From: Octopus vulgaris
Taxonomy: Eukaryota
Assembly (NCBI GenBank): GCA_951406725.2
Contig: OX597816.1
Coordinates: 172,298,001 to 172,362,000, forward strand
Direction: 5' to 3'
DNA: 64,000 nucleotides
Positions within the stretch are counted from its first letter, which is position 1, and every line of letters begins with the position of its first letter. The position numbers and the translations under genes were made by a program. The notes under the pieces were generated by a model. It did no database searches, was not told where the DNA came from, and was given only the letters and a program-made list of their open reading frames with translations. Below, in pieces: positions 1 to 12,429 of this stretch.

Positions 1-854
1 ATACACACAGCAAAATTAAGTGATGAAATTAATATTAACTATTTCTCTTTGTTGATGATTTAGGATTTATTTAATCAATTTTGGTTATCAATTGGCAGGG
101 TATTTGATTCTTTGTATCAATGTTATAAGCATTGAACTTCTTAATAAATATGTAACAGTGTGGTACACCTCAATACTGAATATAAGAAGTGAGAACACTG
201 TAAACTTGATAAGTTATTCATTAATTGATAGTATATCTCCTGCTTCCAGTGAATATAGTTCAGAGACTGATATGTCCTAGATACACTGCATGAAAACAAA
301 GTCTTCAGTAGTGTAAGAATCCGCTTGTGTCATTAGAAAAAGGAATTAAACTGTAAATTTTGACTTTGAAAATCAAATCAATGTATTGATAGAATATTGA
401 ATATATCTTGACTATGTTTGTGAAACGTTTACAAATCTTTATTCCCGATTAAAAAAAAACAAAAAACTTGTGAAACTTTTATATTAATTTCAGGAAAAAG
501 AGAACAAAAAAGTATACTAAATTTAGGCAATTCAAAGAAATTTCCAAAGATTTATCCAGATTTATGTGCTTTAATATTTCCTCTCTTTATTTTCAAAAGT
601 TTTTGTTAGAAATCATAATTATTTAATTTTCAAAATCATTATTAAAAACAAAATCCTTGATAAACTATAAATATTTACTGAAACAAATACTTTCTGGCAA
701 TAAAATCAAAATAAAATGCTTGCTTCTTTTTAGCATTGACCTCCACAGCCAGCATACCATTGATACCTTTGATCTAATGATGTATGTTTCAATTGATATT
801 ATGTTTTCTATTGTTTACTTTCTCTTGTTCTAAAAATATGTATTATTAATACAG

Positions 855-923
855 GTTGATGGCTGTTAGATCGATTGTTTTTGAACTGGTTTCAGCAATG
901 GCTGGAGCTGAATTTGTAAACAT
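855..923 (+). other. candidate small exon (69 bp), gene unassigned; possibly an upstream exon of the SLC16 gene
   Basis: Flanked by ...taatacAG and GTGAGT. Only one frame is open (LMAVRSIVFELVSAMAGAEFVN, phase 2-2). No homology recognised. Confidence 0.3.
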
Positions 924-1173
924 GTGAGTCTAGGTACAGGTCACTGATATATGTTTTTGAATTCTATTTATTTATTTTTCAATGTCAAGACTCAATTTAA
1001 ATATTCTTTAGTACTATGCATACTCTGTATGTCTGTGGATATTTATGTTTTTATTTTTCTATGTTTGTGTTTGCCGCACACATACTGATAAACACCAGTG
1101 ATAGAATATGAATGCAAGAAAAAGATTTTTGTTCTTACTTGGTAGCCTATATAGAACATTTTGTTACAGTCTT

Positions 1174-1567
1174 AGGAGTGGCTGGTTGGTAAGTAGCTTG
1201 CTTACGAACCACATGGTTCCGGGTTCAGTCCCACTGCGTGGCACCTTGGGCAAGTGTCTTCTACTATAGCCTCGGGCCGACCAAAGCCTTGTGAGTGGTT
1301 TTGGTAGACGAAAACTGAAAGAAGCCCGTCGTATATATATATGTCTATGTTTGTGTGTTGTGTTTGTCCCCGCCAACATCGCTTGACACCCGATGCTGGT
1401 GTGTTTATGTCCCCGTAACTTAGCGGTTCAGCAAAAGAGACCGATAGAATAAGTACTAGGCTTACAAAGAATAAGTCCTGGGGCCAATTTGCTCGACTAA
1501 AGGCGGTGCTCCAGCATGGCCACAGTCACATGACGGAAACAAGTAAAAGAGTAAAAGAGTAAAGAGT
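1174..1567 (+). mobile_element. tRNA-derived SINE family A (octopus OR-type, CORE-like ccttgggcaagtg segment)
   Basis: tRNA-like head (tggctgg..tgg, gggttcagtccc), internal TA/TG microsatellite, tail ...ccagcatggccacagtcacatgacggaaacaa(gtaaaaga)n; about 10 further copies in the window. Confidence 0.9.
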
Positions 1568-2819
1568 CTTTATTGAGCATTTTGTTATCAATGATTATAT
1601 ACATGAATAATAATATGTTGTGAAAGTGTAGTTTCACTTGAATTTTTATTAGTTTATTGCATATGGCTTTCACTATCACTGTTTTAAGTCTTGCATCTAT
1701 TCTCTGTCTGTATGTCAATATCTATGAAGTATGTATTTTCACCAAGGTAAACGCTCCCTGAGAAAATATTCGTATATCTTCATTGCAAAGATGACATATC
1801 TTATACAAAATTAGTGCCTGGATAATAGATTTGTATTTTTACCAGTAAAACCTTTTTCAGGGAAAACACTTGCATATCTATAAAGATATTATGAGATACT
1901 TGTTAGTTATCATCTGTTCAGAGTTATTAAATTTTTTAGCAATTACCTTAACTCGGTACAAAATGTTTTCAGTATATCTTCATACTCAATCTCTTCTATT
2001 GATATCAGTAGGTGATAAAGAATGACAATATTGAGCTTTGTAAGAACTTTGTTGTATCATCTGTTCGTTATAGCTGCTATATTTTTGCATACTCAAACTT
2101 ATCTATAAATACAAAGTGAATGAGAACAAGCTATTTCAAGTTCTTTGGTTTCATATTTTCTGCCTTTTGGAGCTAATTTTTGATAGAGTAGTAGTTGTAG
2201 GCAAGCTACATGAAGGTCTCACTTGTGCTGGTAGCATGAAGAAAAGCACCAGTACATGCTGCAAAGTGGTTGAAATTAGGAAGGTCATTCAGCTGTAGAA
2301 GTCATGTCAAAGCAGACACTGGAGCACAATGTAGTCCTCAGGCCTATCAATCTATCCAACCCATCCAAGCATGGAACATGAACATTGAATGATGATGATA
2401 AAGAGAAGTAGAACCAGTTGAATTGACTCTTATTTTTTCTTGAAAAATAAAAAGCCAAGTATTAGATTTAAACTCAAAATTAAAGAGACAAATTTGAACA
2501 TCGCAAAGCATTTAGTCCATTGATCTTCACAAGGAGAATATTAGCATTTGTTTAAAATGTATTTTAGAGCTAATGTAATTAAAATTGATGCTAGATTTAA
2601 ATAGAATTTTACCATCAGAAGTGTATCTTCACAAATGTCTATCAAAGTAACTGTTCCCACAACTTATATATGAATACTTTCAATGTAATACTTAGTGTAA
2701 GGAAGGTAAAAACTTCATGACGTTTTATTTCAGCTGATGATTATATCATTCACATGAACTTAAAGGATATGATAATTTTCTACTGTTGTATAATGAAAAG
2801 GATTGTACATGTTATATTT

Positions 2820-3527
2820 GTATAATGTAAATATGACTTCAGAATCTCCTGCAACTTTTCTGGATGGTCTCCTTGCTTAAGTTGGTGAATGCTGCCATAA
2901 TCCTTGCCTTCAGTTCATCTTTGGTGTTACAAGGAGTTTTGTTGGTCTCTCACTCAACTGTGCCCCACATATAATAATCAAGGGAGTTGCAGCCTGGGGA
3001 GTTAGGTAGCCAAATGTTAGGGGTGATGTGGTCACAGAAATTGTCTGAAATTCATGACTGGGTTCCCCTGTGGTGCAGAGTCCTGTTACCAGACATAGGG
3101 TTTTCCAGCAGCCACCCTTTTGACCCAGGGCAGCACTACTTCCTCCAGGCACTTGATGTAGGCTTCTGTGTTGAGTCTCAGGCCATGTGGGAAGATTAAT
3201 GGAGGCATAATGTTGCCATCACTAGTGATCACTCTAAACACTGTAATGTTGACTGGATGTTTGATTTTTATCTCTCTTGGTACATGTCTTAAGATTGACA
3301 CCTAAACACTCTGAAATGTTCGTATTAGAGCTTCCGGTGCAAATGCCAAGCAGTACTACATGTTTGCAAATTTCTGGCTGAGTGAACTGCATCATGGTGC
3401 TGTTTTTCTCACAGACGGTGCCCAACTGACCCTACTATACTGTGTAGTTGACAAAATCAAAAACAAACAATGTGCATGCACTTAATTAAAAATATAAAAT
3501 GGTGACAATTTATCCCTCGCATCCTGT
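2820..3527 (-). mobile_element. Tc1/mariner (maT/DD37D-like) transposase remnant with internal deletion
   Basis: ORF 3086-3301 IKHPVNITVFRVITSDGNIMPPLIFPHGLRLNTEAYIKCLEEVVLPWV..KPYVW, followed by QDSAP and PNIWLPNSPGCNSLDYYMWG motifs in shifted frames; TIR-like start tacaggatgcgagggataaattgtcacca. Confidence 0.85.
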
Positions 3528-3544
3528 ACATATATGTGTGTGTG

Positions 3545-4141
3545 TGCTCACCAAGGAAATGACTAGTGACCGAGACTTCTGGAAATATGCCATGCGTGAG
3601 AAGACCCGGCAAGCCAAATGAGACCATAATCTCATGGCTTATGCTAGGGGCGTTACCAGCCCACTTATGCATATCTTTTTCTTCTTTGGACACTAAAACT
3701 CTGCTTGCAAAGACCTGTTGAGGCAAGTGAAATCAAAATCAAATTCGATGACTGGCATCTGTGCTAGCGGGTCGCAAAGAGCACCATACGAGTGTGATCA
3801 TTGACAGAGCGGCTATCTGGCCTCCGTACCAGTGGCACATAAAAGACACCATTCGAGCATGATCGTTACCAGCATCGCCTTACTGGTACCTGTGCCGGTG
3901 GCATGTGTAAAAGATTCGAGCGAGGTCGTTGCCAGTACCGCCTGACTGGCCCCGTGCTGGTGGCACGTAAAAGCACCCACTACACTCTTGGAGTGGTTGG
4001 CGTTAGGAAGGGCATCCAGCTGTAGAAACTCCGCCAGATCAAGATTGAAGCCTGGTGCAGCCATCTGGTTCACCAGCCCTCAGTCATTCGTCCAACCCAT
4101 GCTAGCATGGAAAGCGGACATTAAACAATGATGATGATGAT
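3545..4141 (+). mobile_element. RTE-clade LINE 3' end (ORF2 C-terminus, 3'UTR and (ATG)n tail)
   Basis: LTKEMTSDRDFWKYAMREKTRQAK* then internal gtgccggtggcacgtaaaa subrepeats and ...ggacattaaaca(atg)n tail. Related pieces at about 2200-2400, 4590-4935, 29632-29780, 30170-30510, 35146-35480, 42005-42210, 51115-51370, 52760-53020, 59963-60076 and 63960-64000. Confidence 0.75.
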
Positions 4142-5164
4142 GTATATATGTATACACACATACATACATGTACATGTCCTTTATAGCCATGCCCCTCCTC
4201 CCCAATGCGCATATACAGTTTCTCTCAAAACTTCACAACCCATCTTTCTAAAACCTATGATCACCATCCACTGCAGGTGCCACCACTCCCCTTTACATGC
4301 CCATCTATACCCTTTTCATTCCCTCACATATGTACCATACCCCCTCCTCCATTCACTGTAATTTCTCTTACCATCACTTGCTACATCCATCTCTTCCCTA
4401 TCTTTGAACATCTCCCATCGCAATCTTATGAAGCATCCCTGTCTATTCCCTTTGTACCACTTATAATTCTCCCCACTGTTCCCTGTGGTATGTCCTGATG
4501 CATCTCCAACACCATCCATTTCTCTCTCTCTCTCATTCTGACTGTCTCTCTCTCTTTCTCCTCTCATTTCCTATTGGCATAACTATGTATCTCCTCTGTA
4601 GTAAGACACCTGTCTCCAACCCTCTCTTATACTTTACCTTTCACCTGGGCCAAAGTCATTTCCTTTGGTACCCCTCCTACTCCTAAGCAAGAGGTCATTG
4701 TCTTGTAAGTTACTTGGCAATCCCACTGTGTTGGTGTCATGTAAAAAGTCCCAGTGCTGGTACCACATAAAAAGCATCCAGTACACTCTATAAAGTAGTT
4801 AGCATTAGGGAGTACATCCAACTGTAAAAAGCATGCCAAAGCAGACTGGAGCCTGGTGGAGCTTGCCAGCTTTCCAGATCCTGTCAAACTATCCATACCA
4901 GTATGGAAAACAGGCAGTAAATTATGATGATAATGATTATATATGTGCATATATATACGTGTATGTGTGTGTGTATCTATATTTTGATATTTATGTATGA
5001 GATGGTGAAGATGCCGACGACCGCTCAGTTCAAAGTCTCCCTTGACCACTAGTGGCCTGAACTCTTTACATGAACACCACTCTGTACATAACTCCATGTC
5101 CCCCTACATGGCCTTGCTTCTTGCTTTTTGAGCCAAAAAATTAACTAATTAACTAATTAACACA

Positions 5165-5400
5165 TGTCCTCGGCTATTATAGCCAATGTTTCACTGTCAT
5201 GTAGCATAGCTGTTTGCACACAGGCATCAAATAATCTGTCTTTCACTCTGAGAGAGATCCTTTGTTGCCAGCAGGTGTAAGAACTCTCTGAATTTTGCCC
5301 ATCCTAATCTTATTCTTACAGTTATGCTCTTGGAGTATCCATCCCCACTACTAACTTGGTCACCTAGATAACAGAAGCTGTCAACTACCTGTAGCCCCCC
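5165..5400 (-). mobile_element. RTE LINE reverse-transcriptase/thumb fragment (degraded)
   Basis: Minus strand reads FCYLGDQVSSGDGYSKSITVRIRLGWAKFREFLHLLATKDLSLRVKDRLFDACVQTAMLHDSETLAI. Confidence 0.75.
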
Positions 5401-5553
5401 CGGCAGTTGATTGGGTCTATTTTCTGTACATTTTCAGCATTTATTGTACCCGTGTAACCTTCCATATGATTATCTATATGTGTATGTATATGTGTGTATA
5501 TATTTATGTATGTATATGTGTGTATATATTTATATATGTACATGTGTATATAT

Positions 5554-5950
5554 ATATTGTTATATTTCGAAATGGTCATTTTGCCAGTTTAGCCAATAAA
5601 AACACACGCACTATATATTTGGTGTTATTTTGCTTCAGTGTTATTTATTTTTTACATTAATCTTAATCTTATTTCGGCCAGAGTTCTTTCGTCACACTCC
5701 TGTGACCGCATCAGTGGTCCTTTGTTTTCTTCTTTCTTATTTGTGTGTCACAGGAGTGTGACGAAAGAACTCTGGCCGAAATAAGATTAAGATTAATGTA
5801 AAAAATAAATAACACTGAAGCAAAATAACACCAAATATATAGTGCGTGTGTTTTTATTAGCTAAACTTGCAAAATGACTATTCCGAAATATAACAATATC
5901 TGTTTCAACACACGACTTTGCATAAAAAATCTTGCACAACAAATATATAA
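5554..5950. repeat. fold-back element (153-bp inverted arms, 40-nt loop), Penelope-like remnant with hammerhead-like core
   Basis: Arms 5554-5706 and 5747-5899 are near-perfect reverse complements; flanked by TA microsatellite; homologous to the 18750-19160 element. Confidence 0.85.
5676..5720 (-). ncRNA. minimal type I hammerhead-ribozyme-like motif (variant core)
   Basis: GGACCA-CUGAUGCG-GUCACA(GGAG)UGUGAC-GAAA-GAAC-UC-UGGCC: stem I CCA/UGG, perfect 6-bp stem II, short stem III. A9 is replaced by C and there is one extra nucleotide. Confidence 0.5.
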
Positions 5951-5984
5951 ATGTATTTACATATATATGTAAATATAGATATAT

Positions 5985-6131
5985 AGGTGCAGGAGTAGCT
6001 GTGTGGTAAGTAGCTTGCTAACCAACCACATGGCATCTTGGGCAAGTGTCTTCTGCTATAGCTCCGGGCCGACCAATGCCTTGTGAGTGGATTTGGTAGA
6101 CAGAAACTGAAAGAAGCCTGTCGCATATATG

Positions 6132-6164
<33 letters not shown>

Positions 6165-6390
6165 ATGTGTGTGTGTATGTGTGTGTGTGTTTGTCCCCTA
6201 GCATTGCTTGACAACCGATGCTGGTGTGTTTATGTCCCCGTCACTTAGCGGTTCGGCAAAAGAGACCGATAGAATAAGTACTGGGCTTACAAAGAATAAG
6301 TCCCAGGGTCGATTTGCTCAACTAAAGGCGGTGCTCCAGCATGACCGCAGTCAAATGACTGAAACAAGTAAAAGAGAGAAAAAGAGAAAA
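5985..6390 (+). mobile_element. SINE family A
   Basis: Same head, body and tail as 1174-1567; small deletion in the B-box region. Confidence 0.9.
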
Positions 6391-6970
6391 TATATATGTG
6401 TGTTTATATTTGTGCATCTATCTATCCTACCTATCTCTGTATCTCTGTCTGTCTGTGTGTTTGTGTATGTATGTAGTTTTGTAGACACAGTTTCATGCAT
6501 TGCAAGATCATGTTTTGCATTTTGCACTGGTACTCCTTCACTTGTTCACTGCTGCCTTTATTATATACTTGTTAAACACATTGCCTCAGCAATTGTCATG
6601 AAACAGTTGAAGCCATCTGCCTCTAGCTTTGTTCGATTCTGTTGTTTATGTCCTTCAACTTTGGTAATTTGACAGAAATTGCTTTTTCATGTGTGTAGTA
6701 GTCACTATACATGCACACACATCCCTTAACTCACAGACACACTCATGTGCATTTACATTCACATTTATACACTTAAATATATTTTGACAGGCTTACAATT
6801 ATACACATATCCTGCGTGCCTCATTTATTTGCATATTTTACTCATATTTAAAAACTTCCTATATACATATACAATGTAATATTGAAGCTTGTAATAGGGT
6901 ATCATTTTTTTTTTTTTTTTTTTTTTAAATAATTGTCAAAGTTCCTTTGAATCATATCCTACTAGTATAT

Positions 6971-7360
6971 GTGGTGGTGCAATGGCCCAGTGGTTAGGGC
7001 AGCGGACTCGCGGTCGTAGGATCGCGGTTTCGATTCACAGACCGGGCGTTGTGAGTGTTTATTGAGCGAAAACACCTAAAAAGTTCCACGAGGCTCCGGC
7101 AAGGGATGGTGGTGATCCCTGCTGTACTCATTCTCCACAACCTTCTCTCACTCTTACTTCCTGTTTCTGTTGTACCTGTATTTCAAAGGGCCGGCCTTGT
7201 CACTCTCTGTGTCACGCTGAATATCCCCGAGAACTACGTTAAGGGTACACGTGTCTGTGGAGTGCTCAGCCACTTACATGTTAATTTCACGAGCAGGCTG
7301 TTCCGTTGGTCGGATCAACCGGAACCCTCATCGTCGTAACCGACGGAGTGCTTCCACTCC
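6971..7360 (+). mobile_element. tRNA-derived SINE family B, full length with TSD
   Basis: A box tggcccagtgg, B box ggtttcgattc; tail ...cgtaaccgacggagtgcttcca; TSD actagtatat (6961-6970 and 7361-7370). Confidence 0.9.
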
Positions 7361-7464
7361 ACTAGTATATATAAAAAAAGGCTGGCCACATTAATGTATA
7401 GTCTGAAGAAAACTGTTAGTGTCACTGTTGGAGTCCATTTTGATCAAATGTTTGCTTCTCATCA

Positions 7465-7692
7465 TACTTCAGTTATCATGCAGTAGTTTATGATCCCAAT
7501 TTATAACTCTTAACTCTAGAGTAATTCATGACCTCAGTTATTATACAGCAGTTTGTGGCTTCAGTTATGATATAACTTTGCTTCTAGTTTTCACATAATA
7601 ATTCATAACCTTGGTTTTCACTCAACAATTTATCCACCTCAGTTTTCACATTAGTTCATGCACCCAGGAGTCATAGCACTATTTATGACCCC
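7465..7692. repeat. degenerate minisatellite, about 27-bp unit
   Basis: Recurring ttcatgacctcagttttcaca-like units (ttcatgacctcagttatt, ttcataaccttggttttcac, tatccacctcagttttcac). Confidence 0.55.
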
Positions 7693-7708
7693 TTTCATAG
7701 TCAAATAT

Positions 7709-8113
7709 ATACTCTTTTACTCTTTTACTTGTTTCAGTCATTTGACTGCGGCCATGCTGGAGCACCGCCTTTAGTCGAGCAACTCGACCCCGGGACTTAT
7801 TCTTTTTGTAAGCCCAGTACTTATTCTATCGGTCTCTTTTTGCCGAACCGCTAAGTGACGGGGATGTAAACACACCAGCATCAGTTGTCAAGCAATGCTA
7901 GGGGAACAAACACAGACACACAAACACACACACATACATATATATACATATATACGACAGGCTTCTTTCAGTTTCCGTTTACCAAATCCACTCACAAGGC
8001 ATTGGTCGGCCCGAGGCTATAGCAGAAGACACTTGCACAAGGTGCCATGCAGTGGGATTGAACCCAGAACCATGTGGTTAGTTAGCAAGCTACTTACCAC
8101 ACAGCTACTCCTG
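7709..8113 (-). mobile_element. SINE family A
   Basis: Reverse complement of the family A consensus, full length. Confidence 0.9.
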
Positions 8114-8951
8114 TATCAATTTTTTAAAAATTAATGTTTCATTTTTACAGAAAAGCAGATTGATCAGAGAGAAAAATAAAATATTTTTCCAAAAGATAAA
8201 GGTGGGATACCTAACACTTTCCTTTTTAAATATGCCCATCCCTTATGCAAATTATCTTCAATGGTATCATTTTTTTTACTACGATTTTCAATATTTTAAA
8301 CTTTTATTTATAATAACATATCTTTGTTGAACACTAGCCTAGTCCGTTGAAGTATGGCCTATTAAATTTCTCCATTTCTCTTGAAACCGTCTTAAGTAGT
8401 TTCGAATTTTAGTTAATCAAAACAAGTACAAGTTACAGTATTTGTTGGAAAATACAATGCCTGTAACATAGACTTCATGCCTTCCATGTCACATATTCCA
8501 TTTGAGAAGTAAGGGTTTCGTGAAGGGATTCTCTTTTATTAAATACAGCCATACAGATTTATATATGTATAATTAAAGGATTAGGAATACTCCATTGTAT
8601 TTCCAGTACTTTTTTTATGAATCCTTTACGAGTAAACCTTGATTGGATATCTTAGAACATCAAGTTATTGAACTAGGTTGTTACAGTACAGTATCTAGTT
8701 TCACAAGCTACTGGCATACTGTTTCAGTATCTCATCCTCCTTTGACTCACTGGATTATTGATTAGAAACAAAACCAATTCCTATAATGCAAGAAGAATAA
8801 TGTTTATTAGATAAATAAATCCAAAAGTACCTTATAAATCCAAGAGTTAGACAAACTGCAAAGTTAGCATTGGAGGAATTTGAATGTAGAATACTGAAGT
8901 ACTTAACTTGACACCATACAGAATTTGGATTATTCCTTTAAATAGGTTTAA

Positions 8952-9172
8952 CCCTTTAGCATTCAGATTATTCTGTCAAATGTAAAGTTTATGTATTCAC
9001 ACTATGTAAAATTAATCCTGCATCATTTCATGGCTTTGAGATTTCAATGATGTGTTTTGTTTATTTTTAAAATGACACAATAAGATAGCTATGAATGACC
9101 ATATCTGACTAGTTTGAACATAAAATAGGTAGAATGTTTTGGCCGGATATGGCCGGTTTAAACACTAAAGGG
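8952..9172. mobile_element. piggyBac-type MITE
   Basis: TTAA-CCCTTTAG...CTAAAGGG-TTAA; related copies at 36258-36478 and 41206-41411. Confidence 0.85.
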
Positions 9173-11139
9173 TTAAGGCTGTTGTCATACAAGAGAAAAG
9201 AACTGAAAAGCTTTATTGTACATGACTTTCCAAGGACATTAGTAGTGTAAGGTGAAATCATTTTGTGTCACTCAAGAATATAAACTCAGCCATGGACTTG
9301 AAGGGGAACTCACTTTCTTACATGATGGCCATTATGCTATTAAATATATTAATAGTATAACAGGAACATTGCTTACAAGAATATAATTAAAATCCCTTCA
9401 CAAACTTATAACACAATGAAGACATAGTTAACAACAGAAAACTCAACAAAATATATTGTATACATCTAAGTAGTTACAAGCTTACTGATATTAATTATAT
9501 GGATCCTTGGCTGTTCAGTATGGATTCCAGGGTAGAGCACTTCAGATAATGAGATTTTTGGATTGGCATCAATGCTCAGCTTTGTAAGCAAAGTGATTGA
9601 AAAAAATTGCCCAATTAGTATCATATTGGTACTTAATTTATTCATTGTATGCAAGATAAAAAACTTGACCAGAATATGAGAAGAATTCAGTAAGGTATCA
9701 ACAAAATGGATAACATAAAGTGCTTGGTCTGATTTGTCACCAAATTTAGCAAATCCATTTTAAATAATCAAAATTGGAATTAAATAAAAGTTACATAATG
9801 AGCTGTAACATTTTTCAATTGGTTTTAAGAGAATCAAAATTTATCACTCATTATGTCTTCATATCGTGGCATACAAAGACTGTCTTTGATGTTGCAAACA
9901 ATGGTATTAATAAATATTTTTCTCTTCTATTCTTTGAGTTCTTAAGATTCCTCACATGTAATGGTTGGATCCAATCAACTTTGGATCCTGATATACAATT
10001 AAATCTGAAATTTTGAGGTGAGTTATTGCTCAAGTAAGTTTTCATTGGTTACCCCAATGGCTTATACATACTATCTGTGCCAAATTCAATAGACCTTTAC
10101 ATTCCTCTGAAAAGTTGTCAAAATTTATATATTATCCTTCCAAACAGCTGTCTTAAAATTGATGTTTTTATGCTGTGTCCTGTTATGCCCTGTAACTTAG
10201 CAGTATGACAAACAGCATTCAATAAAACAAGTAACAGATTGATATAAGTATTGGGGTTGATTGACTAAAAGCCCTTCAGTCCTTTAAATGTATCTAGTAA
10301 AATAATATTAACCTCTTCTGCTACCTTCATCTCTGGTGATTCCCAGTTCCCTTATGTGTATACATCCTAAGGTTATATTTCAACTCTGAAACTTTACTCT
10401 TCATGCTTTGTTTCAAAATACTCATTACTATGCTCCATGAACCAACAAGGGAGCCACTACTTGGTAGTTAGACATTATAAGAAATAGTAGCTAAATATTA
10501 CTCAGATAACACATTACCATTTAAAATGAAGACATTAGATAATGTAGTCCTAGATATATAAAAAAAACGGGATGGTTATGGCTGAAATGCCTTTGGCCAG
10601 AGATAGGTCTGTTCAGTCAGGGTTGATATAGAACTAAACAACAACCATACCACAATTTTTATAGGGTACATAAATATAAGTGTAATTTTTTCAGAGAGAA
10701 AATACAGTAAATAAATAGACAATATAATAAGTGTACTCATGAGTAATTAAACTTAATCAAAGGTTAACAAACATAATCTTATAAAGAACAGACAGGATAA
10801 CTTAGTAAATATCTGAACAGAAGAACATATCCACTTCTAGCAGCCTGATTATATGATTTGATCACAAAAACAATGGTGTGATCAGGGAAGTATCAAAGTT
10901 AGAAATAGAATATGTTTGGTGCAAAAACATAAATCAGTTTATGATCTGGAATTAAGCTTGCTTTAGAGACAAAGAAAGACCATAGAATAGGGAGCTTAAT
11001 ACATTACATTACTGAAATCAGTTGAAATATTTCAAAGAGCAATGATTATTTCATGAAGCAGTTTCTTGGTGATTTAAAACATTGAACCTTTGCATTAGAA
11101 ATGAAGGCTCTGAGATAAAATTTAATTTAAAGATATGGA

Positions 11140-11524
11140 TGGAAGCACTCCGTCGGTTACGACGACGAGGGTTCCGGTTGATCCAAATCAACGGAACAGC
11201 CTGCTCGTGAAATTAACGTGTAAGTGGCTGAGCACTCCACAGACACGTGTACCCTTAACGTAGTTCTCGGGGATATTCAGCGTGACACAGAGAGTGACAA
11301 GGCCGGCCCTTTGAAATACAGGTACAACAGAAACAGGAAGTAAGAGTGAGAGAAAGTTGTGGTGAAAGAGTACAGCAGGGATCACCACCACCCACTGCCG
11401 GAGCCTTGTGGAGCTTTAGGTGTTTTCGCTCAATAAACACTCACAACGCCCGGTCTGGGAATCGAAACCACGATCCTATGACCGCGAGTCCGCTGCCCTA
11501 ACCACTGGGCCATTGCGCCTCCAC
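11140..11524 (-). mobile_element. SINE family B
   Basis: Near-identical reverse complement of 6971-7360. Confidence 0.9.
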
Positions 11525-12285
11525 AGATGAAAGTAGGAACTAGAAATTATGGAAGAGACCAATTGTAATGCAATGTAGGGCATGAGAGATGAGGTAAATT
11601 GTGCAGAAATTAAAAAAATATAATGACAGTTATTTGGAGGACCCTTTATTTGTTTTGACAATTTTTCCCCTTCTGTTATTTCTTTGAAATAAAAAGAATT
11701 TGGCAGGATGAGTTGAACAGAGTTGAACAGAAAAAAACTGAGAGTTGAACAGAAAAAAAAAATGTCTGATTGAGTCATTAGGTCACTAGCGAAGGTTTTG
11801 TCTTCATGCAATGTGTTTAGAGCAAGTCAACCTGGCAGAAAGTACCTTTCCCTTCAAATTAAACTTACCCTCCAAGAACATATGAACTCAGTACCATCAG
11901 CCAGCAAAAACTTTCATCATTTACATAGTGCTTCTGCTACTTACAGAAGTGAACTACACTTCCCCATGGTAGCTGTTTGGAGCTTGGTGGATTGAATCAC
12001 TGATAGTAAAATGTTTTTGCCAGAAGTACAGTGTAGTGTTGGCAATGAAATATATACGGTCAGCTGTAGATCTATTAGTGTCTCAACCAGCTGCAATTCT
12101 CAAGGACAGAAAACAAACCACCGATCTTCAGTAATACAACTGAGCCTACCGTCCTACAGCTGATCCACTATATATTATTTCTATGTTATTTAATTGCAAT
12201 TCCTCAAATTGTTCATGTTGAGATAATATCTGTAAATCTTATTTCAGATCTTATATACATTTTTTTTTCTTTTTGTTTAATAAAG

Positions 12286-12429
12286 GTTTGTTTGTTGGTA
12301 CTTTAATGAACCAAATTGGAGGACCTGGTGTGATTATTATTGGAGGATTTTTCCAAGGATTAATGCTGTTTGTCTCCGCGTTTGCTAATAGTGCTTTCTT
12401 TTTGTTTGTTTCTGTTGGTCTTTGTTTTG
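12286..12429 (+). CDS. SLC16/monocarboxylate transporter-family gene, internal exon A (TM3-TM4)
   Basis: taaAG acceptor after a T-tract, GTAAGT donor, phase 1-1; GLFVGTLMNQIGGPGVIIIGGFFQGLMLFVSAFANSAFFLFVSVGLCFG matches the MCT TM3-TM4 exon pattern. Confidence 0.88.

Noticed and set aside
1164-1379. recurrent ORF ..RASFSFRLPNPLTRLWSARGYSRRHLPKVP..
   Set aside because: Antisense translation of SINE family A, recurring at each copy; not a gene family.
2730-2760. isolated CTGATGA heptamers (also at about 33545, 34685, 34752 and 35945)
   Set aside because: No stem II or GAAA partner; expected by chance or inside RT coding sequence.
6971-7045. tRNA-like sequence with A and B boxes
   Set aside because: It is the head of a multi-copy SINE with body, tail and TSD, and lacks a proper acceptor stem; not a tRNA gene. 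The same applies to the other SINE heads.
9466-9760. about 95-codon open frame on the minus strand (NGFAKFGDKSDQ...PRIHII)
   Set aside because: No recognisable domain, no convincing acceptor, and no partner exons; probably chance.
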